64,000 nt of DNA, taken from IMG/VR virus record IMGVR_UViG_3300049846_001316, positions 1-64,000 of that record. The stretch is one strand, 5' to 3'. Positions 9,082 through 18,489 of this stretch are shown piece after piece (the stretch's first letter is position 1; each line of letters opens with the position of its first letter). This stretch comes from a virus. The notes under the pieces are model-generated. The model was not told the origin of the DNA. It saw only the letters and a list, made by a program, of their open reading frames with translations, and made no database searches. The translations under genes and the position numbers were made by a program.

Positions 9082-9219
9082 TATGCCGAAGGTCAAAGAG
9101 CCCACGCCGGAAACACGAGTCGGGCGAGTCGCCCACCTCGCGTACGAACCGTGGGATCTCTACGACCCCGGCCCCACGACGGTCACCCGATCCGAGTACC
9201 AGAGGATTCACCGGAACCG

Positions 9220-9576
9220 ATGATCCGTCGCATCTTCGACAAGTGGTTCAGGATCGACCACACCATCCGCACTCAGGACACCACCCTCGAGGAGACACTC
9301 ATGTCCCAGGCCAAGCCCATCGACCCGACCATTCGAGTGCGACGCGTGTCGATCTACGAGGACGCCGGCGGCGAGTTCCGGTTCCGCGCGCAGGGCGGCA
9401 ACTGGCGAGTGATCCCCAGTGCGGAGCAGGGGGTCAAGACGAAGCGGTCGTGCATGATCCGGGCACTTCGGACCTACCCGCAGACCGAGGAGCTCGTCGA
9501 TCTCACACTCCCGGACGGCAGCAAGAGCTACATGCTCGACGAGCTCGAGGCGTTGAAGACCAAGCTCTTTGGCTAG
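9220..9576 (+). CDS. DUF1508/YegP-like protein
   Basis: IYEDAGGEFRFRAQGGNWRVIPSAEQGVKTKRSC resembles the DUF1508 pattern; alternative start 9301 with GGAG RBS. Confidence 0.6.
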   Translation: MIRRIFDKWFRIDHTIRTQDTTLEETLMSQAKPIDPTIRVRRVSIYEDAGGEFRFRAQGGNWRVIPSAEQGVKTKRSCMIRALRTYPQTEELVDLTLPDGSKSYMLDELEALKTKLFG

Positions 9577-9644
9577 GTCATTGCGAACTCCTACTTGGAT
9601 CTGTCAGGCTGCCCGGAGTCCCCGGAGCCCACAAGGAGATCCAC

Positions 9645-10013
9645 ATGGAGCCCGTCACGACCGGAACTGCGGTCACCACGGCAGTCGCGTTGCTGCTGTT
9701 CGTGGTGGTCACGAAGCAGCTCACCAACTTCCTCAAGTACCTCCGCGCAGGCGACTGGAACGCAGTCGTCACCAACGTGGTCGGCTTCCTCGTCGCCTTC
9801 GGCGTGGCCCTGCTGTTCGCGAACTCGTCGTGGTCGGACCTCACGCTTCCCGCGCTCGACCGCCCGCTGGCGGACCTCTCCATCGCTGACCTGTTCATCG
9901 TCGGACTCGCCGGCATGAGCGGCGCGGGATTCCTCTACGACCGCGCCAAGGCCATCGACAACTCGCAGTCGGCCGCGACGCCGAGCCTCGTTCCTCCGAA
10001 GAACGACGCCTAG
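9645..10013 (+). CDS. Holin-like membrane protein
   Basis: AAGGAG RBS; 122 aa with 2-3 TM helices; directly upstream of the endolysin. Confidence 0.65.
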   Translation: MEPVTTGTAVTTAVALLLFVVVTKQLTNFLKYLRAGDWNAVVTNVVGFLVAFGVALLFANSSWSDLTLPALDRPLADLSIADLFIVGLAGMSGAGFLYDRAKAIDNSQSAATPSLVPPKNDA

Positions 10014-10022
10014 ATCGGTCGG

Positions 10023-10054
10023 GGGGTCGGGGTCCTGAGGGTGGCCCCGACCCC
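10023..10054 (+). terminator. GC hairpin between holin and endolysin
   Basis: GGGGTCGGGG...CCCCGACCCC followed by CTCTTT. Confidence 0.45.
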
Positions 10055-10083
10055 CGACCTCTTTCCCTCAGAGGGGTGCACGC

Positions 10084-10917
10084 ATGACGCGCGTTGATCG
10101 ACTGTTCGAGTGGTTCCGCAAGTACGACTACCTCGGCTACTCCGCATCGGGCAACGACTGGGACGGCGACGGCTGGCCCAACCGTGCCGACGTGGATGAC
10201 GGAGACGGCGTGGACTGCTCCGGATCGACGTACCTCGCCTGGGCCTACGCCTGGGAGCCCAACCGGAGTCCGATCCCGCTCACCTCGACCTCGGGACTCG
10301 CGCTCCTGGCCGACCACAACAACTGGTGGGTCGGCCTCAACGATCTCAAGCGTGGCGACATCCTGCTGTACGCCGAGAACGGCGACGTGTTCCACTCGGA
10401 CGGCCCCGGTGGTCACGTCGAGACGTTCGACCAAGTGGTCACGAGCGGCAAGCTGCGCTGCTGGGGCTCGAGCGGCTCGGGGGCCGGAGTCGGCTTCAAG
10501 GACCGCGACCGCTACTGGTGGACTCGGGCGTTCCGGGTCCCCGGCCTGTACGACGACACCCCGCCCATCATCACCCCGGAGCAGTGGGAAGCCCTGCGCC
10601 GCGCACTGGAGGAACTCGACGTGGAACACGGCATGGCCGTCCGAGTCATCAACAACCCCGCCAATCCCCGGCAGGGCTACAAGCTCGACCGGCACGGTGG
10701 AGTCCACGCCTTCGGCGGCGCGGTGCCGGTGCCGAACGTCTCGTACTACCGCAAGGGCGAAGACGTGGCTCGAGACATCATCATCACCAACTGGGCGAAG
10801 GGCCGCGGGTTCGTCATGGATCTCGCCGGTGGTCTGCACCCGTTCAACGGTGAGGCCGAGATGCCCACGGACGGCTACTGGCCCGGCGCCAAGATCGTCC
10901 CCATCACCGAGTACTGA
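10084..10917 (+). CDS. Endolysin: NlpC/P60-type peptidase plus C-terminal repeat cell-wall-binding module
   Basis: GVDCSG catalytic Cys, LKRGDILLY, GHVE His; C-terminal GYKLDRHGGVHAFG and GFVMDLAGGLHPF repeats. Confidence 0.8.
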   Translation: MTRVDRLFEWFRKYDYLGYSASGNDWDGDGWPNRADVDDGDGVDCSGSTYLAWAYAWEPNRSPIPLTSTSGLALLADHNNWWVGLNDLKRGDILLYAENGDVFHSDGPGGHVETFDQVVTSGKLRCWGSSGSGAGVGFKDRDRYWWTRAFRVPGLYDDTPPIITPEQWEALRRALEELDVEHGMAVRVINNPANPRQGYKLDRHGGVHAFGGAVPVPNVSYYRKGEDVARDIIITNWAKGRGFVMDLAGGLHPFNGEAEMPTDGYWPGAKIVPITEY

Positions 10918-10934
10918 TCGGGTAGCCTGCCGCC

Positions 10935-12254
10935 GTGCGAGCAACTGATGCAGTTCTCCATCTGACGGTCGGGGCGGACTACACACTTCGCCTGGACTTC
11001 GAGGATGAAGCCGGCGCGCCGGCGGACATGTCGGACTGGGCTTTCGACCTGGAGTTCCGTCAGAACCGCCTCACCGATGTGCTCTTCAGCGTTGCCGGCG
11101 ACTACCAGGGCGCAAGTGCCGGAGTCGTCACGTTCGGCGTCACCGACGTGCCGGATTGTCCTGCCGAGAGCATCTTCATTATCCGGGCGGCGATCAACGG
11201 AGTCGAGTGGCCTCCGATCTCGGGACGTGCGCTGTTCTCGGTGAACTGGGCGCAGCCTCCCGGCGAGGCGCTTCTCGTCACGCTCGGCGCAACAGAAGTC
11301 CTTGGCGTCGTGGTTGGTGCCCTCCCCGGCATCCCCGGCGCCAAGGGCGACCCCGGTGACCCCGGCGCGGACGGTGCTCCCGGCGCGGACGGCCCCAGTG
11401 CCTACGAAGTCGCAGTCGCCAACGGGTTCGTCGGAAACGAAGCTGCGTGGCTCGCGTCTCTCGTTGGCGCAGACGGAGCCCCCGGTGACCCCGGCGCGGA
11501 CGGCGCTCCCGGTGCGGACGGCCCCAGCGCCTACGAGGTTGCCGTCGCCAACGGATTCGTCGGGAACGAAGCCGCATGGCTCGCGTCTCTCGTGGGCGCA
11601 GACGGAGCCCCCGGTGCCCCCGGCAACGACGGAGCCCCCGGTGCCCCCGGCAACGACGGAGCCCCCGGTGCGGACGGTCCCAGTGCCTACGAGGTTGCCG
11701 TCGCCAACGGATTCGTCGGGAACGAGGCAGCGTGGCTCGCTTCCCTCGTGGGCGCTGACGGTGCGGACGGCGCACCCGGAGCCGACGGAGCACCCGGAGC
11801 CCCCGGCAACGACGGAGCCCCCGGCGCGGACGGCACCGATGGGGCAACGTGGCGCTCGGGCTCGGGCGTTCCGTCGAACGGCCTCGGCGTGGACGGGGAC
11901 CTCTACTTCCGAACCGCAACGAGTGACGTGTACCTCCGGTCGGCAGGCACGTACTCGATCATCGCCAACATCAAGGGCGCGACGGGTGACCCCGGTGCCG
12001 ACGCCACTCCGGCGATCTCGGATGCGGCGTACGACGCGACCGCCTGGAACGGCGTTGCGGACATCGCCCCCTCGAAGAACGCAGTCCGGGACAAGATCGA
12101 GGCACTTCAGCCGCTTGACACTCAGCTCACCGACATCGCCGCGCTGACTCCGACGAACGGGCAGTTCGTCAAGGGCAACGGCACGACGTTCGTCATGGGA
12201 CCGGCAACCGACTCACCGACCGCTCGTATCCTCAAGCGCCAGTACTTCAGCTAG
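10935..12254 (+). CDS. Collagen-like fibre protein
   Basis: Gly-X-Y runs interrupted by three GPSAYEVAVANGFVGNEAAWLASLVG knots; BppU-like N-terminus; TAGCCT -10-like hexamer 6 nt before the GTG. Confidence 0.85.
   Translation: MRATDAVLHLTVGADYTLRLDFEDEAGAPADMSDWAFDLEFRQNRLTDVLFSVAGDYQGASAGVVTFGVTDVPDCPAESIFIIRAAINGVEWPPISGRALFSVNWAQPPGEALLVTLGATEVLGVVVGALPGIPGAKGDPGDPGADGAPGADGPSAYEVAVANGFVGNEAAWLASLVGADGAPGDPGADGAPGADGPSAYEVAVANGFVGNEAAWLASLVGADGAPGAPGNDGAPGAPGNDGAPGADGPSAYEVAVANGFVGNEAAWLASLVGADGADGAPGADGAPGAPGNDGAPGADGTDGATWRSGSGVPSNGLGVDGDLYFRTATSDVYLRSAGTYSIIANIKGATGDPGADATPAISDAAYDATAWNGVADIAPSKNAVRDKIEALQPLDTQLTDIAALTPTNGQFVKGNGTTFVMGPATDSPTARILKRQYFS
11330..11840 (+). repeat. Coding tandem repeats (collagen plus three SAYEVAV knots)
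   Basis: Near-identical DNA units near 11390, 11520 and 11680, and GACGGAGCCCCCGGTG repeats. Confidence 0.85.
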
Positions 12255-12263
12255 GAGCTTCCT

Positions 12264-12662
12264 GTGGCAACCGATCCGAACTTCACGTACACGCCGAAGG
12301 TGTGGGGCGCGCAGCTCTCCGCGACTGCCGATGGCACGCCCGCGAGCGCGACCCCGACCGGTGGCGTGGTCACCCCGGTGACCGGTGGCGCGAGCGGATC
12401 GAAGGTCGAGGAGATCGCCCTCACGACCTTCGAGACGGCGCTCGACCCCGGCGTGGTCAACGTCTGGCTCCACGACGGGTCCAACTACTTCCTCTACGAC
12501 CAGTTCAAGTTGCTCGGCACGGACGGTTCGACCACTGCGCCGGGAGAACGCTTCAACCGGCAGTACCCGAACCTGCTCATCCCGAACGGCTGGACGCTCA
12601 AGGTCAGCTCGACCGTCGCGAGTCAGGTCGGCTGGGTCGTCTGCCTGGGCGGCGACTTCTGA
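12264..12662 (+). CDS. Virion-associated beta-rich protein
   Basis: AGGAG RBS; ends LLIPNGWTLKV...GGDF like small fibre-associated jelly-roll proteins; follows the collagen fibre gene. Confidence 0.6.
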   Translation: MATDPNFTYTPKVWGAQLSATADGTPASATPTGGVVTPVTGGASGSKVEEIALTTFETALDPGVVNVWLHDGSNYFLYDQFKLLGTDGSTTAPGERFNRQYPNLLIPNGWTLKVSSTVASQVGWVVCLGGDF

Positions 12663-12663
12663 C

Positions 12664-13449
12664 ATGACGGTCAAGGGGATTCGCTCGGGCGTCAGTCGGG
12701 GCGTCTGGCGCAACTACGACCCGATGCTGTTCGGGACCAACGTCTCGGGCACTCCGACGATGCCGGACCTCGGCAATGGCACTCTGCGCGGTCGGTACCT
12801 CGACCATCCGTCCGGACTTGTCGTTGCTCAGGTCGAGCTCGTTCTCGGCTCGAGCAGTTCACTCGGCAACGGGGATGCGCTGATCATCGGACTTCCGAAG
12901 CCGGCGAATCGCTGGACGGCCAACCTCTCGAACAACGCCACCGCCGACCTTCCGATCGGCACCGCGCAGGGCTTCAAGGGCGGAGTCTCTGCGCCGACGC
13001 TCACCATGCCGTTCATGCCGACCCTCGCTGACCCGCTTGCGGGCATCAACCTCCAGACCAACGAGGACAACTTCGCTCACTTCTTCTGCGCCCACTCGAT
13101 CAGCCGGGGCACGGGTGCGGTGATCTCTGGAACGAACACGTTCGTCGACGTGACTCACGACCTCGGCATGACCCCGGTCGCGTCGGACATCCACGTGCAG
13201 CCGGTCAGCCGGAGTGGTACTCCGGCGAGCCCGCGTGCGGTGTACATCGACAACATCACCGCGACGAACTTCCGCATCAACGTCGTCACGGCTCCGGGCG
13301 CGGGTACCTCGATCACCTTCGACTGGAAGATCCGAGCCGAGCCGAACAACTCGGGCGTGAACCTGCCACAGCTCGTCTCCTACCGCCGCCCGTGGGTGTG
13401 GGGCTCGACCGACTGCCTCAAGGCCCAGTTCGTCTACGAGCCGCGCTGA
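12664..13449 (+). CDS. Fibre/receptor-binding-like protein, paralogue A
   Basis: ATG at 12664; beta-rich; VTHDLG motif; similar to the next gene at both termini. Confidence 0.65.
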   Translation: MTVKGIRSGVSRGVWRNYDPMLFGTNVSGTPTMPDLGNGTLRGRYLDHPSGLVVAQVELVLGSSSSLGNGDALIIGLPKPANRWTANLSNNATADLPIGTAQGFKGGVSAPTLTMPFMPTLADPLAGINLQTNEDNFAHFFCAHSISRGTGAVISGTNTFVDVTHDLGMTPVASDIHVQPVSRSGTPASPRAVYIDNITATNFRINVVTAPGAGTSITFDWKIRAEPNNSGVNLPQLVSYRRPWVWGSTDCLKAQFVYEPR

Positions 13450-14210
13450 TGCCGAACCGGGGCCTGTACTCGGGCGTCTCGAAGAACACGTGGCAGAACT
13501 ACGAGCCACGACTCATCGCCGCGGGCAACGGCTCGGTGGGAGATCCGCCGTACGGCGCGGGGCAGCAGAACCGCGGCCGGTACCTGTACCTGCCGCCGGG
13601 GCTGATGATTGCCCAGCTCCAGATCAGTCGTGGAGTCATGGGAACCGATGGAACGGGCGACTGCTACGTCGCGGAGTTGCCGTTCCCGGCGACGACCTCC
13701 GGCGACATCATCGGTCAGGCGATGAACTACAAAACCGTCACCGCTACCCCGTGGGAGAACTTCGCGACGGTGCTCGTCGCGCGTCCCTGGACGTCACTCG
13801 GTGGTGACCACGAACGCTGGTGCGAGTTCGTGGTGCCGAACATCATCGCCGCGGGCACCGGCACCGTGACGACGGGTGGCTCGGGAGTTGCGAGCTTCAC
13901 TGTGACCCACAACCTCGGCTTCGCTCCCGCCGCGGCCGACATCACTTTCAACTTCACGTCGACCCCCGCGACTGCCGCTGGTGGCGGTGGGCCGCTCATG
14001 ATCCAGAGCATCACCACGACTCAGTTCACCGTGGCGACCGTCACCGGCAACAACATCGTGCCTGCGTCGACCAGTGCGAACTACGGGTGGAAGATCCGCA
14101 TGGAGACGGACAACGAAGCCGATGCGCTGTTCGGACCGAAGCGTCCGTGGCTCCCGAGTTTCGATTCGATCTTCTTCCAGGTGATGTACGAGCCGAAGGG
14201 TGTCGCCTAG
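13449..14210 (+). CDS. Fibre/receptor-binding-like protein, paralogue B
   Basis: TGATG coupling; SGVS..W.NY.P.L, RGRYL..P.GL..AQ, VTHNLG and WKIR.E...RPW...YEP shared with paralogue A. Confidence 0.65.
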   Translation: MPNRGLYSGVSKNTWQNYEPRLIAAGNGSVGDPPYGAGQQNRGRYLYLPPGLMIAQLQISRGVMGTDGTGDCYVAELPFPATTSGDIIGQAMNYKTVTATPWENFATVLVARPWTSLGGDHERWCEFVVPNIIAAGTGTVTTGGSGVASFTVTHNLGFAPAAADITFNFTSTPATAAGGGGPLMIQSITTTQFTVATVTGNNIVPASTSANYGWKIRMETDNEADALFGPKRPWLPSFDSIFFQVMYEPKGVA

Positions 14211-16108
14211 GCGACTTCGTATCGTGTGATCTTCTTGGCGTCGAGCGTTTCCTCGATCGCTCCAACTGCGATCAACGCCTTCATGGCTCGCATCATCAAC
14301 TCGGCGTTGAACCGCTTCGGCAGGTTCTTGCGGATGTCGGAGCCGCTGGGGCTCCGCCCGTAGGTGGCCTTGAAGCTCGCGATCGTCTCCTTGATCGAGT
14401 CGCAGCAGTCCTCGAACGGTCCGAACCCGATGCTCTGGTCGGTCACTTGATACGTGTGGATCAGGTACGGGATGAGCTTCGCCGCCCGGTTGATGAGGTC
14501 CGCTTCGACGAGAGTCTGCTTCCGCTCGTTGATGGCGAGGATCAGCACGATCTTCTTGAACAGCAGGTCGAGGCGCTCCATCACCGCCGAGTCCTCGTGG
14601 TCGAGGTTCGGGAAGATGTCGTGGTACACCACATCGGTGAACCGGTCGAGCGCATCGTCGTGGAGCTTCACGAGGCGGGGAGAGCACCACCCTCGCAACT
14701 GCGAGAGCCGCTCTGCTGCCAGTGTCGTGTCGGGTTCTTCCTTGGCGAGTACCACACGAGGCTTCTCGATCGCCTTGGCGAAGATCCACCGGTTCACGAA
14801 TCCGGAGTCCACGTCGGTCCGGGTGAGCAGTTCACGGATGGCCTTCGGCTGTGTGGAGCTGATGACCTGACCGAAGTGATGATCGGCGCGAGCGATGCCA
14901 TGCGTCCGGCTCCGCAAGCTCAAGGTGCTGTCGGAGTCGAACATGTTCATGATCGTGGACTTGAGGGTGTTGCCCTGCCGAGAGGCCCGGACACTGAAGT
15001 CGGTGAACTCCCCGAACTTGATGAGCCCCCGCACCCCCGCGTAGCCGACGATGACTCCGGGGCTCATGTCGTCGTGGACCGGCTTGCAGAAGGCGTCGAT
15101 GAGAGCTTCACCCGATGCGGGGATCTCGGTGAGCATCGTGCCAGTGCTGTCGGGATCATCATGGTCGTAGGGGAGTGCGCTCTCGAGCAGACTCATCAGC
15201 CGACCGATCGCACGGGACTTCCTCGAGCCCGAGGAGCCGAGCAGGCAGACCATGAGATTCGCACGCACGCGTGGCGAGTCCATGAGCATGACGTTGTTCC
15301 CGGCGGCGGTGGCGACGGCCATCATGCCGAGCCACCACATGTACTCGTTGGGCTCGTCGCTGTCGGCGGCGAGCGTCATCCACTCGTGGAGGAAGGTGCC
15401 CTCCGGAACGATCTCCCGCCACGGGATCGACACCTTCATCGGGTCGTAGCCCGGTGCCACGGTCATGCTCCGGCCGAACGGACCGGAGATCACGACCGCA
15501 TCCTCCTCGGCGGGTTCCGAGTCGGAGTCCTTGCTGGCGGTTGCCGGCGAGCTCGCCGGCTCCTCGTCGAGCTCCTCCTCGACTTCCGGGTCGGCATCGT
15601 CGGGGGTCACTGCGATCTTGGAACCACCGAGTGTGGTCCGGATGACCACTCCCAGGTCGCGTGCCATCTGCTCGCGCAGCTTCGGGAACTGACTCGCTTC
15701 CTTGTAGCCCGGCACGGGCATCCCGAACTTGTAGGCGGCGATGTCGTACTTGTCTCCGCCCTCCTGGCAGGTTCCGCAGAACCAAGTGCCCTTGTCGAGG
15801 TTGAGCCACGCACTCGGGTGCGAATCGCGGTGGTCCGGCTTCGGACACGACACCATGATCGACTCGCGCTTACCCTTGGGGTCGGGCTCGCTCTTTCCGC
15901 ACCAACGCCGGTACGCCTCGAGAATGTTTACCCGGTCGATGATCGGGGTAAGGGCATCCTCGCGGGCCTCCGGCTCCGGGACGACCGGGATCAAGTCGTC
16001 GTCCCAGGTGGACTCCGGTTCGGGCGCAGACTCCTGCTTGGGGGCGGACTTCGCCGCCTCCATGCGTGCGCGGAGTTCTGCGTCGAGGTCGCTCACCCGA
16101 GCGTCCAC
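14207..16108 (-). CDS. Primase-associated helicase-like protein: CHC2-like Zn finger plus DUF3987-type P-loop domain
   Basis: CPKPDHRDSHPS...WFCGTCQEGGD Zn finger; acidic linker; LLGSSGSRKS Walker A, SGEAL, SSTQP, DSGFVNRW. Confidence 0.75.
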   Translation of the reverse strand: MDARVSDLDAELRARMEAAKSAPKQESAPEPESTWDDDLIPVVPEPEAREDALTPIIDRVNILEAYRRWCGKSEPDPKGKRESIMVSCPKPDHRDSHPSAWLNLDKGTWFCGTCQEGGDKYDIAAYKFGMPVPGYKEASQFPKLREQMARDLGVVIRTTLGGSKIAVTPDDADPEVEEELDEEPASSPATASKDSDSEPAEEDAVVISGPFGRSMTVAPGYDPMKVSIPWREIVPEGTFLHEWMTLAADSDEPNEYMWWLGMMAVATAAGNNVMLMDSPRVRANLMVCLLGSSGSRKSRAIGRLMSLLESALPYDHDDPDSTGTMLTEIPASGEALIDAFCKPVHDDMSPGVIVGYAGVRGLIKFGEFTDFSVRASRQGNTLKSTIMNMFDSDSTLSLRSRTHGIARADHHFGQVISSTQPKAIRELLTRTDVDSGFVNRWIFAKAIEKPRVVLAKEEPDTTLAAERLSQLRGWCSPRLVKLHDDALDRFTDVVYHDIFPNLDHEDSAVMERLDLLFKKIVLILAINERKQTLVEADLINRAAKLIPYLIHTYQVTDQSIGFGPFEDCCDSIKETIASFKATYGRSPSGSDIRKNLPKRFNAELMMRAMKALIAVGAIEETLDAKKITRYEVA

Positions 16109-16827
16109 GGGAGGTCCGAACCGGCCATGGCCGTCTCGGGGTCCTGCTCCGTGAACGTCGTGGGGGGCGGACTCGTCTTGATGAAGAAGGTCCGCTCACC
16201 GCTCTTGCGGTTGATCCCCAGCGGCAACCGCATGAGGTTGCCGAGATCCTTGCCTTCGAGGGACGCCTGCTTCGGGAACGTCTCGACCTCGACGGTCGGG
16301 AACGTCCCGGAAGGGTCCCGAAAGAAGTTCGTACCGCGACTGGGCTCCCAGCCGAAATGCTCCATCGTCGCTTGCGCCATGAACATCGCCACGTCCGCGC
16401 CGATGCCCTCCCCCGGTAGTGCGTACACGTGCAGCCCCTTGTTGCCTGAGTAGTGGACAGCGACAGGGAGGCTCGTGAGCTTGTGCAGTCGGACGGCGAA
16501 CCCGGTCGCGAGAAGTTGAAGATGCATAGTGAGGCGATCCGACAGCTCGTGGTCGGTGCGCCAAATGTCCCGTGGGACGATCAGGTCGCCGTCGACCTCA
16601 ACCTCGTGGTTCACGAGATCCAGGTCGAGGGCGATCACCCTCGTCTTCCCTTCGGGGGAAACGAGATAATGCCCGAGCGACACCTTCCCGGAAAGATGAT
16701 CCCGGATGTCGCTCATTGTCCAAGGTGTCCGGTCGGGACGGTACGAGCCGTCCGCATTCTGGACCGCCTTGACGTCACGGCGCTCGATGAAAGTCTTTCC
16801 GAGCAGGGCCGCAAGCTCCGTGGGCAT
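16093..16827 (-). CDS. Archaeo-eukaryotic primase (TOTE-type AEP catalytic domain)
   Basis: HLSGKVSLGHY, IALDLD (motif I), SGNKGLHVY (motif II), ETFPKQ...GNLMRLPLG; GGAGG RBS. Confidence 0.8.
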   Translation of the reverse strand: MPTELAALLGKTFIERRDVKAVQNADGSYRPDRTPWTMSDIRDHLSGKVSLGHYLVSPEGKTRVIALDLDLVNHEVEVDGDLIVPRDIWRTDHELSDRLTMHLQLLATGFAVRLHKLTSLPVAVHYSGNKGLHVYALPGEGIGADVAMFMAQATMEHFGWEPSRGTNFFRDPSGTFPTVEVETFPKQASLEGKDLGNLMRLPLGINRKSGERTFFIKTSPPPTTFTEQDPETAMAGSDLPWTLG

Positions 16828-16928
16828 CCTGCCTCCGTTCTGCTATGGCGTGGCTGGCCGAAGGGGGGGTGTGCGAGGGGGTCGCCAACATACACGCGTG
16901 TGATTCGCCGGTCCACCCTTGTGCGGGC

Positions 16929-16957
16929 TTGTCATTCGGCGCGCCGCGGCGTATGCT
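16929..16957 (+). promoter_or_regulatory. SigA-like promoter for the packaging/structural operon
   Basis: TTGTCA-17 bp-TATGCT in the divergent intergenic gap. Confidence 0.65.
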
Positions 16958-17079
16958 TGGACCTTAGCTGGACGCCGGTCGAGCTTCACGCTGCGGACCG
17001 GGCTTGCTATGGCCGATCGGGAGCCGGGTCACCTGCGGGTGGCCCGGCTTCCGTGGTTCTTGAGACATACTCGACTCTC

Positions 17080-18489
17080 ATGGAGACGCAGGTATGGGCT
17101 CGAAACCCACTCAAGTGCGTACGCGAAGCATTCGAGGTCGGCATCACGAACTTGGTGTGGGATGCCTCGTTCTTGCTCGCCAAGGACATCTACCCCGACT
17201 CGTACATCCTCGATCAGTGCGGCGCCGGCGCGGACTACCTCAACCTCGTGGTCGGGGAGGAGTGGGCTTCGCTCTACCTCCCGATGATGCACGACAAGCA
17301 GAAGCCGAGTGCGACCTGGCCGGTCTGGACTCCGGACTCGCCGGGCGGGATGGACTACCTCGAGGAGCTGCTGGCGCACCCGGTCGCGCAGGATGAGGAA
17401 CTCTGCGCATCACTTCCGGCAACGCAGCGCCCCAAGAAGGATCAACCCAACCTCGTGGTGATCGACCACTTGCCGGACCTAGGTACAACACTCGGCCGGC
17501 GAGTGGTCTACCTCCTAAACGAAGTGCAGAAGGGGCACCCTCACGCCGCGCTGCACATCCACGGCAGCTACTCCTGGCGCACGCTGTTCGGGCTCACGTT
17601 CCCCTCGGTCGACTTTGAGTTCTTCGAGGGTGCTCGCAAGGGAACCGTCTTCCTGCCCAACGGTCGAATGCTCAAGGGTCTGAGCAAAGATCAGAGCGCA
17701 GCCAAGCGACACCAGAAGTGGGTCGAGCTCTGTGGCCACGAGATCAGCAGTCTCGCGATCCCTCGAGAGCGGTGCCTCTACCAGATGCGCGCCGCGCAGT
17801 GGGCGGCGAAGCACTACAAGGAGAACGTGAACTTCCGGGTGTCCGGGAAGGAAGACCCTGATCCCGATGACCCCAACTCGCCCCCCTCGGATGGCCACGA
17901 TGAGACAGCCAGTCGGCTCTCACGTGACCGTGCAGGTATGGTCGAGGGCGACAAGTTCCTCTGCGATGTATGCTCCGTGCAGTCGACCTGCAAGTACTTT
18001 CGCTCCGGGGGGGTGTGTTCGATTCCTGACACTGAGCCGGCACGCCTAGCGAACTTGTTCCAGACCCGTGACGCCGACACGATCGTCACCGCTCTCGGAA
18101 CCCTGCTATCTACTCACAGCAACCGGCTCGAGCGCGCCCTCGAGGAGGAGACGGCGCTCGGCGGCAACGATGGCCCCCTCGACCCCGAAGTCACCAAGCT
18201 CATCAACTCCGTGTTCGACCGCGGCGTGGAGCTGGCCAAGCTCCTGAACCCGGAGCTACGGGCTCCCCGTGGGCGCCCGGTGACGGTCGGCGTGCAGGTC
18301 AACAACGGCAGCGCCGCAGGGGCGGTGGCCGGAGCCACTCCGCAGGCCGCAGTCGCGGCGGTCTATGCCGAACTCGAGGGTCGTGGGATCTCCCGCGACC
18401 AGATCACACCGGAGATGGTGGCGGGCCTGCTCACCCAGCGCGCTTCCGCGGTCGACGTCGCGGCGCTCCCCGGCGTGGTGGTCGAGTGA
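17080..18489 (+). CDS. Protein at the small-terminase position; degenerate TGT/DpdA-like N-terminal domain, Cys4 cluster, helical C-terminus
   Basis: ATG at 17080; WPVW...LHIHG...FPSVDF...GTVFLPNG pattern; CDVCSVQSTC...C; GTGA-coupled to TerL. Confidence 0.55.
   Translation: METQVWARNPLKCVREAFEVGITNLVWDASFLLAKDIYPDSYILDQCGAGADYLNLVVGEEWASLYLPMMHDKQKPSATWPVWTPDSPGGMDYLEELLAHPVAQDEELCASLPATQRPKKDQPNLVVIDHLPDLGTTLGRRVVYLLNEVQKGHPHAALHIHGSYSWRTLFGLTFPSVDFEFFEGARKGTVFLPNGRMLKGLSKDQSAAKRHQKWVELCGHEISSLAIPRERCLYQMRAAQWAAKHYKENVNFRVSGKEDPDPDDPNSPPSDGHDETASRLSRDRAGMVEGDKFLCDVCSVQSTCKYFRSGGVCSIPDTEPARLANLFQTRDADTIVTALGTLLSTHSNRLERALEEETALGGNDGPLDPEVTKLINSVFDRGVELAKLLNPELRAPRGRPVTVGVQVNNGSAAGAVAGATPQAAVAAVYAELEGRGISRDQITPEMVAGLLTQRASAVDVAALPGVVVE

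Noticed and set aside
11330-11840. Repeat array as CRISPR or DGR template/variable repeat
   Set aside because: The repeats are in-frame collagen coding units with mainly synonymous differences, and no reverse transcriptase is present.
16453-17079. N-terminal extension of ORF 16453-18489
   Set aside because: Overlaps the antisense primase and crosses a consensus promoter; ATG 17080 is preferred.
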